A stretch of DNA of 64,000 nt. Origin: Hydrurus foetidus. Lineage: Eukaryota. The stretch covers positions 2,790,001 to 2,854,000 of the forward strand of contig UYFQ01000001.1 of the NCBI GenBank assembly GCA_900617105.1, given 5' to 3'. Positions 59,515 to 64,000 of the stretch are shown here, in pieces (the first letter of the stretch is position 1; each line of letters starts with the position of its first letter). The notes below the pieces were generated by a model. It saw only the letters and a list, made by a program, of their open reading frames with translations. It searched no databases and was not told where the DNA came from. The position numbers and the translations under genes were made by a program.

Positions 59515-59701
59515 AGGCAAGGGCGCAACGGGTAGGCAAAATCGCATCGTAACTGCACAATCTGCGTCGGCACGGTTGCAAAGCCAAGCGTTTGACTTTG
59601 TCCTACAGACAAGCCGCAAAGTAAAAGCTGGCGCTAACCAAGAGTGGGTCAGGTAGGTGTGGGTCAGCCGGGGCAAAATACGGCTCTTGACTTAAGAACC
59701 T

Positions 59702-61480
59702 ATGCAGCCCAACTCTTCCCCCACAGCTCACCCCATTGAAGCCATTTTTGACTACATCATTGTGGGCGGCGGCACGGCCGGCTGCCTGCTGGCCAACCGC
59801 CTGAGTGCAGACGCATCGAAAAAAGTGCTGCTGATTGAAGCCGGCCGCAAAGACGACTACCACTGGATTCATGTGCCCGCGGGCTACCTGTACTGCATAG
59901 GCAACCCGCGCACCGACTGGCTGTACAACACCGAGCCCGAAGCCGGTTTGAATGGCCGCGCGTTGCGTTACCCACGCGGAAAAACACTGGGCGGCTCGTC
60001 GAGTATCAACGGCATGATTTACATGCGCGGCCAGGCGCGCAACTACGACGAATGGGCGCAACTAACTGGCGACAGCGCCTGGACTTGGGCCAACAGCTTG
60101 CCGTACTTCAAGCTGCATGAAAACCATTACCAGGGCGCCAACGAATTTCACGGCGCGGCGGGCACCGCGCCAGCGCTGATGCAAGACAAAACTATTGCCT
60201 ACCAAAAAATCTTGCGCCACCGCAAGGCAGGCGGTGAATGGCAGGTCAGCAAACAGCGCCTGCACTGGCCGGTGCTTGACGCGTTTGCCCAAGCCGCCGT
60301 GCAAGCGGGTATTCCGGCGACTGGCGATTTCAACCGCGGCAACAACGAAGGCGTGGGCTACTTTGAAGTCAACCAAAAAGAGGGCTGGCGCTGGAACACG
60401 GCCAAGGCGTTTTTGCGCCCCACTTGTTATGGTCGGCCGAATTTTGAGCTGTGGAACAAAGCGCAGGTCACCAAGCTGATTATTGAAAAGCAGGCTGACG
60501 GCAGCCAGCGCTGCACTGGGGTTGATGTGTGGACTGGTTTAGAGCACATTAGCGTGCTGGCCACGCGCGACTCTGGCGCTGACCGTGGGCAGATGGGCGA
60601 GGTGATTTTGTGTGCGGGCGCTATCGGCTCGCCGCAACTGCTGCAGTTGTCGGGCATTGGCCCTGGCGCGCTGCTGCACAAGCTCGGCGTGCCGGTGGTC
60701 AAGGATTTACCGGGCGTGGGCGCTAACTTGCAAGACCATTTGCAAATCAGATCCATCTACAAAATTACCGGCAACGCCGCCAACAAGGGCTGGGGTTTGT
60801 CGCTCAACACCATGGCCAATTCGATGCTGGGCAAGGCACGCATTGGGCTGGAATACGCGCTAAAACGCACCGGCCCTTTGAGCATGGCACCGTCGCAATT
60901 AGGCGCTTTTACCCGCTCATCCGCCGAGCATGCTTACCCGAATATTCAGTACCACATTCAGCCGCTGTCGCTTGATGCGTTTGGCGAGCCGCTGCACATC
61001 TTCAACGCCTTTACCGCCAGCGTGTGCAATTTGGCGCCCACCAGCCGCGGAACAGTCAACATCAAAACGCCGAACTTTGAAGACGCCCCCGCCATAGCGC
61101 CCAACTACCTGAGCACGCCTGAAGACCAAAAAGTAGCCGCTGATTCATTGCGCGTCACGCGCCGCATCGTCAGTCAGTCGGCGCTGGCCAAATACCAGCC
61201 CGAAGAATTTAAACCCGGCGTGCAGTTTCAAACCGACGAAGACCTGGCCAGGTTGGCAGGCGACATCGCCACGACTATCTTCCACCCAGTAGGCACCACC
61301 AAAATGGGCCGCGCAGATGACTCGATGGCCGTGGTCGACTCGCACCTGCGCGTGCACGGCATACGCGGGCTGCGCGTGGTCGACGCGGGCGTGATGCCTT
61401 TGATCACCAGCGGCAACACCAATTCACCCACGCTGATGATTGCCGAAAAAGCCGCCGAGTGGATTCAGGCTGGGGTTTGA
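59702..61480 (+). CDS. GMC-family oxidoreductase
   Basis: [42 protein letters not shown]. Confidence 0.92.
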   Translation: MQPNSSPTAHPIEAIFDYIIVGGGTAGCLLANRLSADASKKVLLIEAGRKDDYHWIHVPAGYLYCIGNPRTDWLYNTEPEAGLNGRALRYPRGKTLGGSSSINGMIYMRGQARNYDEWAQLTGDSAWTWANSLPYFKLHENHYQGANEFHGAAGTAPALMQDKTIAYQKILRHRKAGGEWQVSKQRLHWPVLDAFAQAAVQAGIPATGDFNRGNNEGVGYFEVNQKEGWRWNTAKAFLRPTCYGRPNFELWNKAQVTKLIIEKQADGSQRCTGVDVWTGLEHISVLATRDSGADRGQMGEVILCAGAIGSPQLLQLSGIGPGALLHKLGVPVVKDLPGVGANLQDHLQIRSIYKITGNAANKGWGLSLNTMANSMLGKARIGLEYALKRTGPLSMAPSQLGAFTRSSAEHAYPNIQYHIQPLSLDAFGEPLHIFNAFTASVCNLAPTSRGTVNIKTPNFEDAPAIAPNYLSTPEDQKVAADSLRVTRRIVSQSALAKYQPEEFKPGVQFQTDEDLARLAGDIATTIFHPVGTTKMGRADDSMAVVDSHLRVHGIRGLRVVDAGVMPLITSGNTNSPTLMIAEKAAEWIQAGV

Positions 61481-61493
61481 GCAGGCGGCAGGT

Positions 61494-61536
61494 ACTATTA
61501 TTTTAGGAGCTGCTCGCGCATATTTTTATTGGGCTG
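61494..61536 (+). repeat. 43-bp repeat, copy 8 (intergenic)
   Basis: ACTATTATTTTAGGAGCTGCTCGCGCATATTTTTATTGGGCTG. Confidence 0.75.
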
Positions 61537-61593
61537 CAGCTATTGTTTATGCAGAAAAAGACTATTTTTAACGCTGCTTTGCTTGGTTTTACT

Positions 61594-61624
61594 CCCTCTC
61601 CCACTGGGAGAGGGCGGGGGTGAG
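61594..61624. repeat. BoxC-like palindromic element
   Basis: CCCTCTCCC-ACT-GGGAGAGGG followed by CGGGGGTGAG. Confidence 0.6.
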
Positions 61625-61694
61625 TGCCAGCGGCCTATGGGTAAACTGATCGTTTGCGCAGAATCAATTGGCGCGAGGTACATAAAAACAAATC

Positions 61695-61907
61695 ATGGCT
61701 AAAAAAATGGTTGAAATTGAACTGGTTAAGACCGAGGCAGACTACCGCCATGCGCTCAAACAGGTTTCATATTTCTTTGACCACCAGCCCTCCGAAGGCT
61801 CAGTGCTTGAAGCTAAGCTTGCGTTGCTGATGAAGAAAGTCGAGCACTATGAGGCTGAACACTTTTTCGTTGAATCGGCCGACCCGGGTGCTGCGCTTGG
61901 AGGGTGA
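61695..61907 (+). pseudogene. HigA-like antitoxin N-terminal fragment (HTH missing)
   Basis: KTEADYRHALKQVSYFFD..P.EGS...VEHYEAEHF...DP resembles HigA N-domains; stops before the Xre HTH; no toxin gene upstream. Confidence 0.6.
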
Positions 61908-62004
61908 CGGCATCACGCTACTGGTGTCACCGTTATTTAATAAAGTCGGGGTTATGGTGCGTCTGCCCGAGGCTTTTAGAGCCCGATAACTGGAAGAGGA
62001 ACAT

Positions 62005-62967
62005 ATGCCCGTCAATCTCGACAAAGCGACTAAATGGAAATCAGACATTGCCCATTCAGTTGATATGTACAACGCGTGGTTTATGGAGTTCGCGCCGGTC
62101 GCGTTCCGTAACACTAGGCTTAAAGTGACTGTTGAAGTGGAAGCCGCTCTTAAGGCCACTGATGGCCTTCGTAATATTCAGCCCGCGCTGCTTCGCCTGC
62201 ATCCCGGCGTGTTACCGACGCTGCGCATGTCCACTTGCCCGCCGATTGCTGTTGACCGGTTGATTGGTTTGTCAGGGGTTACGCCTTCGCTCGTTAAAAC
62301 GATGGAGTTAACTTAACAGCTCCCGCCGAAAATGGACGCCACTGCGGCCGATTTACAGCTTAGCAAGATAGTAGCCATAAGTGAGCGTCTTGCCGACCCT
62401 GATATTTTTGTGTGGCTCAACCGCGCAGCGCCTGCAACTAAAGTCGAGTTGCGTCGTGCAGCGTCCATCGTTGCAGACCGGCTGTGTGGCGCAGTCGCTA
62501 ACCCTATCATTCGCAATGCCCAAGAGAAACGTCAGCTTGCTGCCATCAAAGCGTGGTTAGAGGCGAGAGGGTACAGCCAGCTTCTGGGAGGTGATGGCCT
62601 GAAGTTCAACGCAATGAAGCCAGGTACGTTTAGCTTTCGCCTCAATGTGCCGGTAAAGCTAGAAGGGGGAGTGCAACAGGTCAATATCCCCATCGATGCA
62701 GTCATCATGCCGAAGAGCGCTAAGGCTGGAGACTTCCCGATCTTTTTCGAAGCAAAGTCAGCTGGTGATTTCACCAACACCAACAAACGCCGTAAAGAAG
62801 AGGCTGTGAAAATGGCCCAGCTTCGCGCAAACTATGGGGCTGCGGTACGCTTCAACCTATTTTTGTGCGGCTACTTCGATGGCGGATACCTCGGCTACGA
62901 AGCAACTGAAGGCATCGATTGGGTTTGGGAACACCGCATTAACGACCTGGCACTTTTCGGAATTTGA
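62005..62967 (+). pseudogene. XamI-family type II restriction endonuclease interrupted by in-frame TAA (62314-62316)
   Basis: Track ORFs 62005..62316 and 62332..62967 share a frame; LRMSTCPPIAVDRLIGL; NPIIRNAQEKRQL; PIDAVI...FEAKSAGDFTNTNKRRKEEA (PD-(D/E)xK-like). Confidence 0.78.
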
Positions 62968-62970
62968 CAT

Positions 62971-64000
62971 ATGACGTACTCTTTTGACGCATTCGAAACA
63001 GAGCGGCTTGGGCTTCAAGCAGAGTTGGACAGCGGCAAATCCCCGGTTGAACGCAACAAGCTGGGGCAATTCGCTACGCCAACTGCGCTTGCACGCGAAG
63101 TGTTGGCCTACGGCCTTTCGCTGCTGCCTGAGACAACTTCCGTCCGCTTCCTCGACCCTGCTATCGGTACAGGTGCTTTCTATACCGCACTGAGGTCTAC
63201 GTCAGCCGCCCGAAATGTGAAATCAGCCAGTGGATTTGAGATTGACCCGCACTATGGCAAACCCGCCATGAAGCTGTGGAAGGGTACGCCGCTCGACTAC
63301 AAACTAGCAGACTTCACCACCTTAACCCCACCAACAGCACAGGGGGGAAAATCAAACCTTCTAATTTGCAATCCGCCGTATGTTCGACATCATCATATTG
63401 ATAGCGCAGCAAAAACTAGATTGCATGCGCGTGCATTAAACAGCGCGAATATCAATCTCAGTGGTTTAGCTGGGCTTTACTGTTATTTCATGGCGCTTGC
63501 ACATGACTGGATGGCAGACGGGGGTATAGCAGGCTGGCTAATTCCGTCCGAGTTTATGGACGTGAACTACGGTCGCGCATTGAAAGAATATTTGCTTCGC
63601 GAAGTAACGCTTTTACACATTCACCGCTTTGACCCCAATGATGTGCAGTTTGATGATGCTTTGGTCTCTTCGTCCGTTGTCTGGTTTAGGAAGGAAAAGC
63701 CGCCTACTGCGCATCAGGCTAGCTTCTCGTATGGTGGCTCGCTGGCTGAGCCAGCAATGGTTAAAAATATTGCAGCTGTAGATTTAGTGAAGGCCGACAA
63801 GTGGACGCGCTTTCCAAAAAACGATCCGGCAGCGGCTCATCATGGCTATCGCCTCGTAGACCTGTTTGCAATAAAACGTGGGATTGCTACTGGTGACAAC
63901 AGTTTTTTCATCTTGCCGGAAGAGCGAGCCCAAGAGCTAAACCTGCCAGCTAGGTTTTTGCGGCCAATTTTGCCGAGTACCCGCTACATCAAAGTCGATG
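62971..64000 (+). CDS. Amino (N6-adenine) DNA methyltransferase, gamma-type, 3'-truncated by the window
   Basis: MTYSFDAF...LGQFATP...FLDPAIGTGAF (motif I)...ICNPPYVRHH (motif IV)...WLIPSEFMDVNYG; starts 3 nt after the REase stop. Confidence 0.9.
   Translation, partial: MTYSFDAFETERLGLQAELDSGKSPVERNKLGQFATPTALAREVLAYGLSLLPETTSVRFLDPAIGTGAFYTALRSTSAARNVKSASGFEIDPHYGKPAMKLWKGTPLDYKLADFTTLTPPTAQGGKSNLLICNPPYVRHHHIDSAAKTRLHARALNSANINLSGLAGLYCYFMALAHDWMADGGIAGWLIPSEFMDVNYGRALKEYLLREVTLLHIHRFDPNDVQFDDALVSSSVVWFRKEKPPTAHQASFSYGGSLAEPAMVKNIAAVDLVKADKWTRFPKNDPAAAHHGYRLVDLFAIKRGIATGDNSFFILPEERAQELNLPARFLRPILPSTRYIKVD

Noticed and set aside
24009..62316. TAA reassignment suggested by two in-frame TAA codons
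   Set aside because: Many conserved genes (atpE, atpG, atpD, hemB) end correctly at TAA; independent lesions or sequencing errors are simpler

Overview
Betaproteobacterial chromosome segment; protein style and repeat family suggest Comamonadaceae (Polaromonas/Rhodoferax-like), which is an inference. In order: the 3' part of the F0F1 ATP synthase operon (atpE partial to atpC); a five-gene Pil/Chp-type chemosensory cluster with no cheR/cheB; a lemA-TPM-TPM operon; housekeeping genes (cytochrome c5, tRNA-Arg(CCG), hemB, corA-like, marC); and an orphan creB. Next comes a ~24.6 kb probable acquired island (27.0-51.6 kb). It starts at an IS5 remnant and ends at a histidine-kinase remnant. It encodes a porin, LysR and MocR regulators, a Dpp-type ABC importer and an apparently uncharacterised catabolic operon: GMC oxidoreductase, AcuI-type acryloyl-CoA reductase, ADP-forming acyl-CoA ligase, enoyl-CoA hydratase, beta-hydroxyacid dehydrogenase, two aldehyde dehydrogenases and an atypical enolase-superfamily enzyme, plus a Fae homologue, an aldo/keto reductase and GabD. 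After it come an HExxH lipoprotein, creD with a perfect cre-tag, an Mla/MCE-type ABC operon, a second GMC enzyme, and an XamI-like type II R-M locus whose nuclease carries an internal stop. A 43-bp two-hairpin repeat occurs 8 times outside the island; six copies overlap coding sequence, supplying stop codons or signal-peptide residues. The best candidates for new biology are the island pathway (possibly onium-compound/acrylate catabolism with a DddX-like ligase) and the protein-coding repeat elements.
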